The notes: generated from the letters alone by a model not told the origin. Shown: positions 20,295 through 30,480, counted from the stretch's first letter. The stretch: 64,000 nt of DNA from an uncultured Planctomycetales bacterium (GCA_964474085.1 CAYYRJ010000002.1:70110-134109); one strand, 5' to 3'. Numbers and translations: made by a program.

Positions 20295-20941
20295 AAAACC
20301 TGAAATTTTATATCACATCATTGATTCTGGTCATAACAATCTTGATTTCTTTTGCACTCCCACGGCAAAAATATCAGGGAACATCTATTTTGCAGAATAT
20401 TAATATACCTCTGACCCTTAGTGACCAATGGCAAAGCGTTGACTATTCGATGAATTTGTCGACGACAAAAGATGACCGGTTTAATTTTTTAAGCGGCGCC
20501 TTTGCCCGTATTTACGGCACACGTGAAGGCCGCAGTCTTTTGCTTTTGATTTTGGACGCAGGGAATTTTCATCATCCACAGCTCTGTTATGGAAGTTCAG
20601 GTTTTAAAATCAAGGAATTAGACGAAACGCTCCTGCAAACGCAAAACAAAACGCTAAAGGTCAAAACGTTCGTAGCACAAAAAAATGCGCAAAATGGCGA
20701 GGCAATTGTCGTCATGTTTTGGATGGTCATCAATAAAGAAAAAGTCGATTGGACTGAACAAAAACTTACGCAATTATGGCATTCATTATTTAACAAAAAG
20801 CAAGTTGGCCTGATGACCCGTCTGGATATCCCGGCTTCGGACGGTCAAATTGACCAAGCGATCGAGTACGGGCAAAGATTCATTCGCGACTTAGGCGGCG
20901 CAATGCCGACTGAAAAGCAAGAATGGATATTTGGCAAATAA
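20291..20941 (+). CDS. exosortase-associated EpsI-family protein
   Basis: 216 aa with one N-terminal TM helix. There is an ATGA overlap with the exosortase gene. Size and placement match EpsI. Confidence 0.65.
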   Translation: MKNLKFYITSLILVITILISFALPRQKYQGTSILQNINIPLTLSDQWQSVDYSMNLSTTKDDRFNFLSGAFARIYGTREGRSLLLLILDAGNFHHPQLCYGSSGFKIKELDETLLQTQNKTLKVKTFVAQKNAQNGEAIVVMFWMVINKEKVDWTEQKLTQLWHSLFNKKQVGLMTRLDIPASDGQIDQAIEYGQRFIRDLGGAMPTEKQEWIFGK

Positions 20942-21055
20942 CGCAAAATCTTTCTGTTTGACATTTTCCCTACCTTAACTTATTATCCAATCATCCCCAG
21001 CTATTACCCCAATGGCTATTTAAAAATATTGTTTAACCTTCCGATCGAGGTGCCA

Positions 21056-24000
21056 ATGTCTAAATTTTTTAGTTTTACAACAAAATTCTTCCTGACACTT
21101 TTTTTTGTTTGCACGCTCACCCTTTTTTCTCCCCAACTACAAGCAACTGCCGTTCTTCCGGCGCCGACACTTAAAAGCGCAATTGGCGGGATTGGAAAAG
21201 TTACCCTCGCCTGGGACAAAGTCCCTGACGCGACAAGCTACACTATCAAATACGGCACGACATCCAACATGATTGATTCGACGGTTACCGGGGATGTCAA
21301 TACGTTTGCTGTCAGCGGCTTGGCTAACAGCACGATATATTATTTTGTAGTAGTGGCCAAGAATGCGACCAGCACAAGCGCCTACTCGCGCCAGATGAGT
21401 GCTAGAACGCAACTTCCGCCGCCTTTTTTAAGCGGTGCCAGCGGGGGAATTGGAAAAGTTGTCCTGACTTGGGAAAAGGTTCCCGGCGCAACAAGCTATA
21501 TCGTTAAATACGGCACGACATCGCTAAATTATCCAACCGTCCTTAGCGTCGCGGATGTCAATACATTTACGGTCACCGGCTTGGCCAATGATACGAGCTA
21601 TTATTTTGTTGTTGCCGCAAAGAATTCTTTAAGTACAAGCATTAACTCGCGGCAGATGACCGGCAAAACGTGGGGACCGACAGCTGCATTACCCAAACCG
21701 ACGGTAAACTTTTCGGCTAATCCGACGGCAATCAAAAGCGGCGAATCGACCAAGCTCACATGGACGTCAACGAATGCGACTTCTCTATATATTGATAATG
21801 CCATAGGTGCCGCTTCGGATCACGGGACGCTTAGTGTTTTCCCTAAAGTCACAACGACCTATACAATTACCGCAACCGGCGCTTTAGGTTCTGCCAATGC
21901 CAAAGTAACGGTTTATGTGACGGCAACGCCAACGGCACAACCGCAGGGGACCTTTGGCTCACAGTACAAAGACATCATCCCTCAAGATGCGACGGTCAAA
22001 GAATACGCGGTCAAACGCTTTGCTATTATTCGCGGAGAAGTCAAAGACAAAAATAATCTGCCGCTCTCCCAAGTTAGCGTTTTTATCGACGGACACCCTG
22101 AGTATGGGACGACCAAGACCGACACAAGCGGCCAATTTTCTTTACCCGTTGACTTAAACGGGACACTTAATATCAGTTTTGAAAAACAAGGCTTTATTCC
22201 AAGCCACCGGCAAATTTATGTCGCGCCCAACGATGTAGCGATTGTCGAAACGCTCACCTTGCTTAGCGAAGACACCAAAGCCACCGAAGTTGCCCTCAAC
22301 GGCGATGCAAAAAATATCGTTGTCCATCAAAGCACGCCGGTGAGTGATGTTTCCGGCACACGCAGCGCGAATGTCGTTATTACCGGCGACAATAAGGCGT
22401 ACGCTGTTGATGAACACGGCAAAGACATGTTTGAGCTGTCAAAATTAAATGTGCGCGCCACCGAGTTTGCAACACCTGCGTCTATGCCGGCCGCCCTGCC
22501 GCCGACGTCCGCCTTTACGTATTGCGTGGAGCTTAAAGCAGACGGTGTTGATCGGGTCAGGTTTAAAGATCCGGTTGTCGTGTATGTCGACAATTTCTTA
22601 GGGTTTAATGTCGGCGAAATTGTGCCTGTCGGTTATTACGACCGCGACCGAGGGGTGTGGGTGGCTTCTGAGAATGGACGGGTTGTCAAGCTTTTGGATA
22701 CAAATGGGGACACAAAAGTTGATGCCTTAGACAGTACCGGCGACGGTGTCGCGGATGACCTTAACAAAAATGGAGATTATTCGGATGAAGTCAAAGGCCT
22801 AAATGATCCGGCCAAGTATACGCCCGGCAAAACTTTTTGGCGGGTGAGCCTGACACATTTTACTCCGTGGGATTTTAATTGGCCGTTTTGGCCTGAAAAA
22901 AGCGCAATTGGACCCAATGCAAAAGGGAAACCCAATGCAGATCAACAAAAAAATGAAGGTGATGATTGTGACAAGGCAACAAATTCTTTTGTCAATTGCC
23001 GCAGTCGTATTTATCACGAAGACATTGATATCCCGGGCACAGATTTAACATTGCATTATGCCAGCAACCGTGTGCCGGCTTACAAGACCGTGATCACAGT
23101 TCCAGCTAGCGGGGACACGGTTCCCTCTTCGCTTCAAAAAATCGTCGTGAGATTAGATATCGCCGGCCGGACATTTGAACAGACATTGCCGACTTTAGCT
23201 AATCAAACAGCAGAATTTCGTTGGGACGGCCTAGATTATTTCGGTCATAGAGTGGACTCTACCACTGCACATATCACGACAGAATTTGTATATAAAGCAT
23301 TCTATGTGGGGTTTGGAGCAACAGGCGAGCGGGCCCCTGCATTCGGCGAGCCCGGAGTTACGACAACAACCGTTCGCGCTCGGGAAGAATTTATATTTTC
23401 CACAGAACGAAGTATTTTAGTACACAATCAAGCGGAAACACGCGAAAGGTTAGCGCAAGGCTGGACATTATCCAATCACCATTTTATGAGTGCGAGGGAT
23501 GTAAGTACTCTTTATAAAGGAAATGGCGATGTTGTGAGCAATGATGGCTTAAACATAATTACAACTATTGCGGGAACAGGTGAGGCAGGATATAGCGGAG
23601 ATGGCGGTCCGGCAACTGAGGCGAAGTTATATTCTCCCGTTGATGTAGCGGTTGATCAGAGTGGGAATATTTATATTGCGGATTACGTTAATCACCGTAT
23701 TCGCAAAATTGATTTAAACGGTATCATCACGACGATTGCTGGAACAGGTGTGGAAGGATACAGCGGAGATGGTGGCCCGGCAACCGCAGCGGGTATGTAC
23801 CCTTCAGGTTTGGCGGTTGATCTTAACGGGAATGTTTACATTACAGATAATCAGCGAATTCGAAAAATTGATACAAACGGGATAATAACAACTATCGCGG
23901 GGACAGGCGTTTATGGATTCAGCGGAGATGGCGGCCCGGCAACTTTAGCTACATTCAAGAGTCCGACCGGGATAACAGTGGATGCGATTGGGAATATCTA

Positions 24001-27000
24001 TATATCGGATACGAGAAATCAACGTGTTCGCAAAATCAATACCGACGGAATTATTTCAACCATAGCTACGACTCCTAGCAAATATAATAAATCTTATCCG
24101 ACGATGATTACGAGTGATCAAAAAGGCAATATTTATTTTACAGTTTATGGATCTACTGTTTTGGGTATCCCTGTGTACTGTGAAATCTATAAAATTGATA
24201 TAAATGGGGTCAATACTTTAGTAGCTGGGGATTATGTGTCTGGATTTAGTGGCGATGGAGGCCCAGCTAAAAGTGCGCTGCTGCAAAACCCTAACGGAAT
24301 TGCAGTTGATAAGTTTGGTAATATTTATTTCGCCGATACTGGGAATTTACGAACTCGCAAAATTGACATCGATGGCATTATTACGACAGTCGCGGGAACA
24401 GGTGAGCGTGGATACAGCGGAGATGGCGGCTCGGCCACTGCGGCGAAGATAAATCGTCCCTATGGTGTTGCGGTTGATCAGGGCGGAAATATTTATATTG
24501 CGGATTCGGGTAACAACCGTATTCGTAAAATTACTTTGGCAACAGCCTTTGCTCCCGCCGACCCGGGCGATATGACCTTTGCCGAAGAAGGCTTTGGCTA
24601 TACGTTTTCACTCGACGGCAAGCACAAACAAACCGTTGACCTTGATACAAAAAAAATCCTTGAACAATTTGGTTATGATCCGTCAGGGCGGTTGATTTCA
24701 TCAACGGATTCTTTTGATAATAAAGTCACGATTGAGCGTAATGCCTCTGGTGTGCCGACGGCAATCGTCTCCCCCGATGGCGTGCGGACAAACCTGACCA
24801 TCGATGCCAAAAACCATTTAACACAAATCACCTATCCCGACGGTAAATCCTACAATTTTGAGTACACGCCCGGCGGCCTTTTGACCAAGGAAACGGAGCC
24901 TAAGGGAAACTTTTTTACGCACACCTTTGACGCAAACGGTCGGATTACCGATGTCCTCGACCAAGAAGGCGGGCACGAAAAGTTTGGCCGAAAGGTTGAT
25001 GTCAATACCGGGGACGTCACAACAACTGTGACCAGTGGAGAAGGCGATGTTGTGACGTACGTGGACCAAACAGCATCGACCGGCGCTTTGACTTCGACAA
25101 GCTCGGTGTCCGGTGTGACAAAGCCGACAACCTTTTCGCGCAGCAGCGATGAGCTGACTTCCAAAATCACCTCTCCGGACTTGACTGTCAGTGACCTAAG
25201 CTTTGATCTTGACCCGGAGTATAAATTTAAATATCTTAAGTCACAAACCATCACAACACCCTCGGGACTCAAAGCGCAGGCCACTTTTGCCCGCACCTAC
25301 ATCGACACTAATAGCGACGGCAAAAAAGATCTCATCACCCGCAGCGCGTCGTTAAACAGTAAGTCAACGACACTCACCCATGATGTTTTGACGTCGACTT
25401 TTAAAGCAACGTCCCCGCTTGGCCGGAGTATGACAACCGTTTATGACCCCACGACACTGTTGACCTCTAAGGTGAGCGTCCCTGAGCTGTTTGATACAAC
25501 CTATACGTATGATTTAAAAGGGCGTGTCAAAACTGTGCAGACCTCGACACGGACAATGTCTTTGGACTACGATCTTAATGGCAATGTCGAGTCGATAACA
25601 GATCCGCGAGGCAATCGTACTAGTTACACTTACGATGCCGTCGGCCGGACAACAAAAGTTCATCGGCCCGACTCAACTGAGGTTCATTTTGAGTACGATG
25701 CTAATGGCAATATGACGGTGCTGACTAATCCGTCGAGCCAGAACCACGGTTATATTTACAATGCCGTCAATCTGCCGACGAGTTATGCCCCGCCGATCTC
25801 TCCGGCAACGCAGTATGTTTACGACAAAGAGCGGCGTCTTAAAGAAATCGACTTTCCGTCAGGCAAAAAGATCAAAAATGTTTATACCGGTGTGCTCTTA
25901 ACTCAGACCCAAACGCCTGAGGGAAATGTCGATTATACCTATCTGCCTTCGGGACAATTGGCCAAAGTCACAAAGGGTTCCGAGTCTCTTAACCTTTCGT
26001 ATGACGGCAGTCTTTTAAAGACTGTAACTTCTGCCGGGACACTCGGTCAGACGCTTTCATTAACCTATAACACGGACTTTAAAGTCACCGGTTTGACGTA
26101 TGCCGGGGCGATAAACAGTTTTGGGTACGATAATGACGGACTTTTGACCTCATCGGGTAGATTTACGATTGGCCGCAATGCCCAAAACGGTTTACCGACG
26201 GCTGTTGCTGGTGGAGTTTTAAATTTAACCCGGACGTTTAACGGTTTTGCAGAGCTGTCGACCCAAACGCAAACTGTTAACGGTTCTGCGGCTGCCCTTT
26301 TTGGCTTGACTTACAATCCAAATGGTCAAATCGCAACCAAGAGCGAAACCGTCGCTGGGGTCACATCGAACTACGCCTACACCTACGACGCATTGGGACG
26401 TCTGACAAAGGTCGAAAAAGACGGCGTTCTCGTCGAAGAGTACGGCTACGCCGGCGCTGATCCACTGGGCACGCGCACTTATGAAATGAACACCTTGCGC
26501 GGGATTGCCGGACGCTCTTTGACATACAATGCCGAAGATCAGCTTCTTAGTGTCGGGAGTGCGACGTATCAATATGATACGGACGGATTTTTGTCCAAAA
26601 AGACTGACGGCGCTGCTATAACAACGTACAATTATTCTTCCGCCGGCGAATTATTAAGCGCCTCTTTGCCCGACGGACGGACACTCGAGTATGTCTATGA
26701 CCCGCAAGGTCGACGGATAGCCAAAAAAATTAACGGCGTACTCGTCGAAAAGTATCTCTGGGCGGGATTGACACAGCTCTTGGCTGTCTACGACGGGGCT
26801 GATAGTCTTGTGATGCGTTTCGAATACTCTGATGCGCGCGTACCCAACGCAATGGTCAAGAGTGGCACGACGTATTATTTAAGCTATGACCAAGTCGGGT
26901 CATTGCGTGCCGTGTATGATGCGACAGGTGCTCTGGTTAAACGCATCGATTATGATTCGTTTGGAAATATCCTCGTCGACACAAATCCGGCGTTCTCTCT

Positions 27001-27652
27001 TCCCTTTGGTTTTGCCGGAGGGTTAGATGATCGCGACACCAATTTAGTCCACTTTGGATTCCGCGACTACGATCCCTTAACCGGCCGCTGGACGGCGAAA
27101 GATCCGATTGGGTTCGGCGGGGGTGATGTCGATCTATACGGTTATGTCGAAAGCGATCCGATCAATTTTGTTGATCCTTATGGATTGTATTGGTTAAAAG
27201 ATTGGTCTGATTTCTTTGGAGGATTTGGCGATTTTATTACTTTTGGTGGAACTGGATGGTTGCGAGACCAGTGGGGGTATGGCGGTTTCGTTGATCCATG
27301 CTCGGGTTGGTATACCGGCGGAGAAATTGCTGGATTTGGGGCATCTGTCGCTTTGGGCGCTGCTTGGGGTTTAGAAGCGGCAGGAACGAAAGGAGCGGGT
27401 AAAGAGTTCTCTCATTGGATTCCAAAAAGACTTGGGGGTCCAAATTCACTATTGAATGGGAACTATGTCTCGAAGAGTACCCATGCGTTATCTGATCCAT
27501 ATCGGTATAGGTTTATGTCTAAGGCTTGGAAAGCAAGTAACCCAATTTATAACCCACTACAAAGACAATGGATTCGGTTGCCTAATTGGATTAAAGGTGC
27601 AGGTGCTGGTGCTGGATATGGGACTGGATCTAATGCAATAAGGGAGAAGTGA
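21056..27652 (+). CDS. giant secreted teneurin-like YD-repeat / RHS polymorphic toxin (2,198 aa from ATG): signal peptide, 2 FN3-like, Ig-like, transthyretin/CarbopepD_reg-like, Ca-binding Asp-rich, NHL repeats, YD repeats, RHS core, variable C-terminal toxin
   Basis: FN3-like repeats (GKVTLAWDKVPDATSYTIKYGTTS, twice). CarbopepD_reg-like segment (IRGEVKDKNNLPLSQVSVFIDG...TDTSGQFSL). Six or more NHL repeats (e.g. YSPVDVAVDQSGNIYIADYVNHRIRKID). Many YD repeats (YTYDAVGRTT, YEYDANGNMT...). RHS core ends ...DPxGL at 27188, followed by a Gly-rich unique tail. The ATG at 21056 with GAGGTG upstream is preferred over the track TTG at 21029. Confidence 0.9.
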   Translation: MSKFFSFTTKFFLTLFFVCTLTLFSPQLQATAVLPAPTLKSAIGGIGKVTLAWDKVPDATSYTIKYGTTSNMIDSTVTGDVNTFAVSGLANSTIYYFVVVAKNATSTSAYSRQMSARTQLPPPFLSGASGGIGKVVLTWEKVPGATSYIVKYGTTSLNYPTVLSVADVNTFTVTGLANDTSYYFVVAAKNSLSTSINSRQMTGKTWGPTAALPKPTVNFSANPTAIKSGESTKLTWTSTNATSLYIDNAIGAASDHGTLSVFPKVTTTYTITATGALGSANAKVTVYVTATPTAQPQGTFGSQYKDIIPQDATVKEYAVKRFAIIRGEVKDKNNLPLSQVSVFIDGHPEYGTTKTDTSGQFSLPVDLNGTLNISFEKQGFIPSHRQIYVAPNDVAIVETLTLLSEDTKATEVALNGDAKNIVVHQSTPVSDVSGTRSANVVITGDNKAYAVDEHGKDMFELSKLNVRATEFATPASMPAALPPTSAFTYCVELKADGVDRVRFKDPVVVYVDNFLGFNVGEIVPVGYYDRDRGVWVASENGRVVKLLDTNGDTKVDALDSTGDGVADDLNKNGDYSDEVKGLNDPAKYTPGKTFWRVSLTHFTPWDFNWPFWPEKSAIGPNAKGKPNADQQKNEGDDCDKATNSFVNCRSRIYHEDIDIPGTDLTLHYASNRVPAYKTVITVPASGDTVPSSLQKIVVRLDIAGRTFEQTLPTLANQTAEFRWDGLDYFGHRVDSTTAHITTEFVYKAFYVGFGATGERAPAFGEPGVTTTTVRAREEFIFSTERSILVHNQAETRERLAQGWTLSNHHFMSARDVSTLYKGNGDVVSNDGLNIITTIAGTGEAGYSGDGGPATEAKLYSPVDVAVDQSGNIYIADYVNHRIRKIDLNGIITTIAGTGVEGYSGDGGPATAAGMYPSGLAVDLNGNVYITDNQRIRKIDTNGIITTIAGTGVYGFSGDGGPATLATFKSPTGITVDAIGNIYISDTRNQRVRKINTDGIISTIATTPSKYNKSYPTMITSDQKGNIYFTVYGSTVLGIPVYCEIYKIDINGVNTLVAGDYVSGFSGDGGPAKSALLQNPNGIAVDKFGNIYFADTGNLRTRKIDIDGIITTVAGTGERGYSGDGGSATAAKINRPYGVAVDQGGNIYIADSGNNRIRKITLATAFAPADPGDMTFAEEGFGYTFSLDGKHKQTVDLDTKKILEQFGYDPSGRLISSTDSFDNKVTIERNASGVPTAIVSPDGVRTNLTIDAKNHLTQITYPDGKSYNFEYTPGGLLTKETEPKGNFFTHTFDANGRITDVLDQEGGHEKFGRKVDVNTGDVTTTVTSGEGDVVTYVDQTASTGALTSTSSVSGVTKPTTFSRSSDELTSKITSPDLTVSDLSFDLDPEYKFKYLKSQTITTPSGLKAQATFARTYIDTNSDGKKDLITRSASLNSKSTTLTHDVLTSTFKATSPLGRSMTTVYDPTTLLTSKVSVPELFDTTYTYDLKGRVKTVQTSTRTMSLDYDLNGNVESITDPRGNRTSYTYDAVGRTTKVHRPDSTEVHFEYDANGNMTVLTNPSSQNHGYIYNAVNLPTSYAPPISPATQYVYDKERRLKEIDFPSGKKIKNVYTGVLLTQTQTPEGNVDYTYLPSGQLAKVTKGSESLNLSYDGSLLKTVTSAGTLGQTLSLTYNTDFKVTGLTYAGAINSFGYDNDGLLTSSGRFTIGRNAQNGLPTAVAGGVLNLTRTFNGFAELSTQTQTVNGSAAALFGLTYNPNGQIATKSETVAGVTSNYAYTYDALGRLTKVEKDGVLVEEYGYAGADPLGTRTYEMNTLRGIAGRSLTYNAEDQLLSVGSATYQYDTDGFLSKKTDGAAITTYNYSSAGELLSASLPDGRTLEYVYDPQGRRIAKKINGVLVEKYLWAGLTQLLAVYDGADSLVMRFEYSDARVPNAMVKSGTTYYLSYDQVGSLRAVYDATGALVKRIDYDSFGNILVDTNPAFSLPFGFAGGLDDRDTNLVHFGFRDYDPLTGRWTAKDPIGFGGGDVDLYGYVESDPINFVDPYGLYWLKDWSDFFGGFGDFITFGGTGWLRDQWGYGGFVDPCSGWYTGGEIAGFGASVALGAAWGLEAAGTKGAGKEFSHWIPKRLGGPNSLLNGNYVSKSTHALSDPYRYRFMSKAWKASNPIYNPLQRQWIRLPNWIKGAGAGAGYGTGSNAIREK

Positions 27653-27655
27653 GAG

Positions 27656-28474
27656 ATGTTAGGTAAAATACTATCTTCAATTATTCCAAAGTTTAAACCT
27701 CTTGAAGAGGCGCTAATTAAAGAATTATTGGATAATGTTTTAATTACAGACACAAAAGCAAAGTTAAAATCTCAAATAGAAGGAATTAATCATGTGCAAA
27801 GACTTTCTGATGGAAAGGAAGTTGATTTGTATTGTATGAGAGGCGGGAAACCATATCGCGATGATAGTCAGAGAGTAGTTGCCCCAACGGTTGAATTTAA
27901 ATTTGCTAGTATCTCTTTTAAGCCGAGTAATACAAATGAAAAATTAAAAGTAGATTTTTGGTTAGTAGAAGGGATGTTGTTTTCATTAACTTTTAGTAAA
28001 TCACCTAAACCTTATTTAAGTAATGCAGTTATTTTTGTAGAGGAAGTTAAGTTTTATAATCGAGATAATAATATAAGGATGGGGGATGTTAATTTTTTAG
28101 GAATACTAAAGGAGTGGAGTAATAAGTATAATGTTCGGGGTATTAAACCTCCCCTGACGGAATCTTCTATAAAAAGTTTTGTTTTTAATCAAGCGATTAA
28201 TTTTCCCGCAGGTTATTTAGATTTAATAGGAAAAACTGATGGTTGTGATGTTAATGCTTGGCATGTTTTAGGATTAATGGAAATAAGACAAATAGTTTTA
28301 GAGGACAAAAACTATTGGATTATTGCGGAGGCCGATAATATTGGAGTTTTGGCCATTATTGATAGCAAACAAAGCGATAATATTTATTTTCTAGATTTTG
28401 ATGGTTCGGAGCCGCAAGATATGGGGAGAAATTTTGAGGATGTGATGGAAGAAATAATTAAGAAGAATAAGTAG
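27656..28474 (+). CDS. putative cognate immunity protein for toxin 1 (hypothetical, AT-rich)
   Basis: Starts 4 nt after the toxin stop. Composition shifts to AT-rich. No recognisable domain. Confidence 0.5.
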   Translation: MLGKILSSIIPKFKPLEEALIKELLDNVLITDTKAKLKSQIEGINHVQRLSDGKEVDLYCMRGGKPYRDDSQRVVAPTVEFKFASISFKPSNTNEKLKVDFWLVEGMLFSLTFSKSPKPYLSNAVIFVEEVKFYNRDNNIRMGDVNFLGILKEWSNKYNVRGIKPPLTESSIKSFVFNQAINFPAGYLDLIGKTDGCDVNAWHVLGLMEIRQIVLEDKNYWIIAEADNIGVLAIIDSKQSDNIYFLDFDGSEPQDMGRNFEDVMEEIIKKNK

Positions 28475-28592
28475 AGGGAAATATGTGCGTAAAGGGGTCA
28501 CCGAATTAAATTAAAGTTTTAAGTTCTTTGATATTCTTTATTTTCCATCGACGGAGATTGCCGCGTCGCTTCGCTCTTCCTAAGGACGGCGT

Positions 28593-29678
28593 TTGCGCGG
28601 GATTGCCGGACGCTCTTTGACATACAATGCCGAAGATCAGCTTCTTAGTGTCGGGACTGCGACGTATCAATATGACACGGACGGATTTTTGTCCAAAAAG
28701 ACCGACGGCGCTGCTATAACAACGTACAATTATTCTTCGGCCGGCGAATTATTAAGCGCCTCTTTGCCCGACGGACGGACACTCGAGTATATCTATGACC
28801 CGCAAGGTCGACGGATAACCAAAAAGGTTAACAGCCTTGTCGTCGAAAAGTATCTCTGGGCAGGATTGACACAGCTCTTGGCTGTCTACGACGGAGCTGA
28901 TAGTCTTGTGATGCGTTTCGAATACTCGGATGCGCGTGTTCCCAACGCAATGGTCAAGAGTGGCACGACGTATTATTTAAGCTATGACCAAGTCGGGTCG
29001 CTTCGTGCCGTGTATGATGCAACAGGTGCGCTGGTCAAACGCATCGATTATGATTCGTTTGGGAATATCTTAGTCGACACAAATCCGGCGTTCTCTCTTC
29101 CGTTTGGTTTTGCCGGAGGGTTGGATGATCGCGACACCAATTTAGTTCACTTTGGATTCCGCGACTACGATCCCGCAATCGGTCGCTGGACGGCGAAAGA
29201 TCCGATTGGCTTTAACGGCGGGGATGTGGACCTTTACGGTTATGTCCTCAACGATCCGGTGAATTTGGTGGATCCGACGGGTTTGATTATCCCAGGAGAT
29301 CCCGATCCATCGGATGAAATTTTAATTTTCTTAGCTTTGCAAAAGTTTATTGCACAGAATGGGCCTAGGATATCGCAATATTTAGGACAACAAGGAGAGC
29401 GAATAGCAAATATTGCAAAAAATTCTCAAAAAATTCTTATTGAAGGTCGCAATCGGATACCAGATGTTTTAAATAAAACGGAAAAAATAATTGGGGAAGT
29501 AAAAAATGTATGTAGATTGCCTAATACTAAGCAATTGCAGGATTTCTTAACTTATGCCGAGGAAAAAGGATATGATTTTTATTTAAAGGTAAGAGAGAAT
29601 ACTCAATTATCAGCGCCACTTCAAAAGTTAGTGGATGAAGGTAGAATAATTTTAGAAAGAATACTTCCTAAACAGTAA
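28593..29678 (+). CDS. orphan RHS C-terminal cassette (RHS core remnant plus alternative toxin tip with a PD-(D/E)xK nuclease-like motif). It lacks an ATG start.
   Basis: The first ~230 aa are nearly identical to residues ~1820-2050 of toxin 1 (RGIAGRSLTYNAEDQLLSVG...DPIGF). It diverges after DPTGL (29286). The tail has RIPDVLNKTEKIIGEVKNV (PD...E-x-K). The frame opens at a TAA at 28581 with only a TTG at 28593. Confidence 0.75.
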   Translation: MRGIAGRSLTYNAEDQLLSVGTATYQYDTDGFLSKKTDGAAITTYNYSSAGELLSASLPDGRTLEYIYDPQGRRITKKVNSLVVEKYLWAGLTQLLAVYDGADSLVMRFEYSDARVPNAMVKSGTTYYLSYDQVGSLRAVYDATGALVKRIDYDSFGNILVDTNPAFSLPFGFAGGLDDRDTNLVHFGFRDYDPAIGRWTAKDPIGFNGGDVDLYGYVLNDPVNLVDPTGLIIPGDPDPSDEILIFLALQKFIAQNGPRISQYLGQQGERIANIAKNSQKILIEGRNRIPDVLNKTEKIIGEVKNVCRLPNTKQLQDFLTYAEEKGYDFYLKVRENTQLSAPLQKLVDEGRIILERILPKQ

Positions 29679-29724
29679 GATGAGCTATTTTAATATGACA
29701 AACCTCGAGGAGCGGAGTGCATAA

Positions 29725-30480
29725 ATGCAAGAGAACAATAAAAAGGAAGCTCCTCTCAGCAGGAAAGAAATCATGCAGTTTGTGCATTTTCAGCACTATA
29801 TTCTCCCAAGAGAAGAAAAAGATCCGATAAGAAAAGCACGTATTGAAAAGCACAAAAGCGATGCAGCTCCAGTTATTAAAGATTTGAAAGAACTAGGGTT
29901 TACAATTTATGATTCAATGTCGGATATCTTTAGATATAAGTTTAATCATAAAATATATAAAAGAGCAATCCCAGTATTAATAAAATGGTTGTCTAAAATT
30001 GAAAACCTAGAGGTAAAAGATGAAATTATATCTTGTCTGCGTGATAAAAACGGTAGGGACCCTGCGATAGTCCCAATTTTAATTAAAGAATTTTATTTAG
30101 CTGATGAGCTCGCTGCAAAAAATCAATATTGCCATGATTATAAGGCAAATTTAGGTGATGCAATAGGCAATTCGATGAATGACGACTATTTTGATCAGAT
30201 CATTTCAATTGTTCAAAATAAGAAACATGGGGATGCTCGTATAATGTTAGTTTTGGGATTAGCTAAATTGAAAAATCCCAAAGTAGTTGATATATTAATC
30301 GATCTGCTCAAAGATGAGGATGTTCAAGGTCATGCGGTTACAGTATTACGAAAATTAAAGGCTAAAAAAGCAGCGCCTTATGTTGAGCCTTTATTGAATC
30401 ACCCTATCACTTGGATTCGCAACGAAGCAAAGAAATATTTTCTAATTATAGGTAATTCCGGTGACACCTATAAGGAATAA
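29725..30480 (+). CDS. putative immunity protein for orphan cassette 2 (alpha-helical, HEAT/ARM-like repeats)
   Basis: 251 aa, AT-rich, with repeated helical hairpin pattern (..LIDLLKDEDVQGHAVTVLRKLKAKKAAPYVEPLLNHP..). Located directly after the orphan toxin. Confidence 0.45.
   Translation: MQENNKKEAPLSRKEIMQFVHFQHYILPREEKDPIRKARIEKHKSDAAPVIKDLKELGFTIYDSMSDIFRYKFNHKIYKRAIPVLIKWLSKIENLEVKDEIISCLRDKNGRDPAIVPILIKEFYLADELAAKNQYCHDYKANLGDAIGNSMNDDYFDQIISIVQNKKHGDARIMLVLGLAKLKNPKVVDILIDLLKDEDVQGHAVTVLRKLKAKKAAPYVEPLLNHPITWIRNEAKKYFLIIGNSGDTYKE

Noticed and set aside
21029-21055. Track start (TTG-initiated 'MFNLPIEV...') of giant toxin 1; the same applies to 33838 for toxin 2
   Set aside because: An in-frame ATG 27 nt downstream (MSKFF... 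/ MSRFF...) is preceded by GAGGTG and begins a canonical signal peptide, so the ATG is preferred.
24850-25296. 148-aa antisense ORF inside toxin 1 (similar antisense ORFs exist in toxin 2, e.g. 36495-36902, 36970-37407, 37474-37908)
   Set aside because: These antisense ORFs lie within strongly supported giant CDSs. The repeat-rich coding sequence generates long open antisense frames, and they have no motifs.
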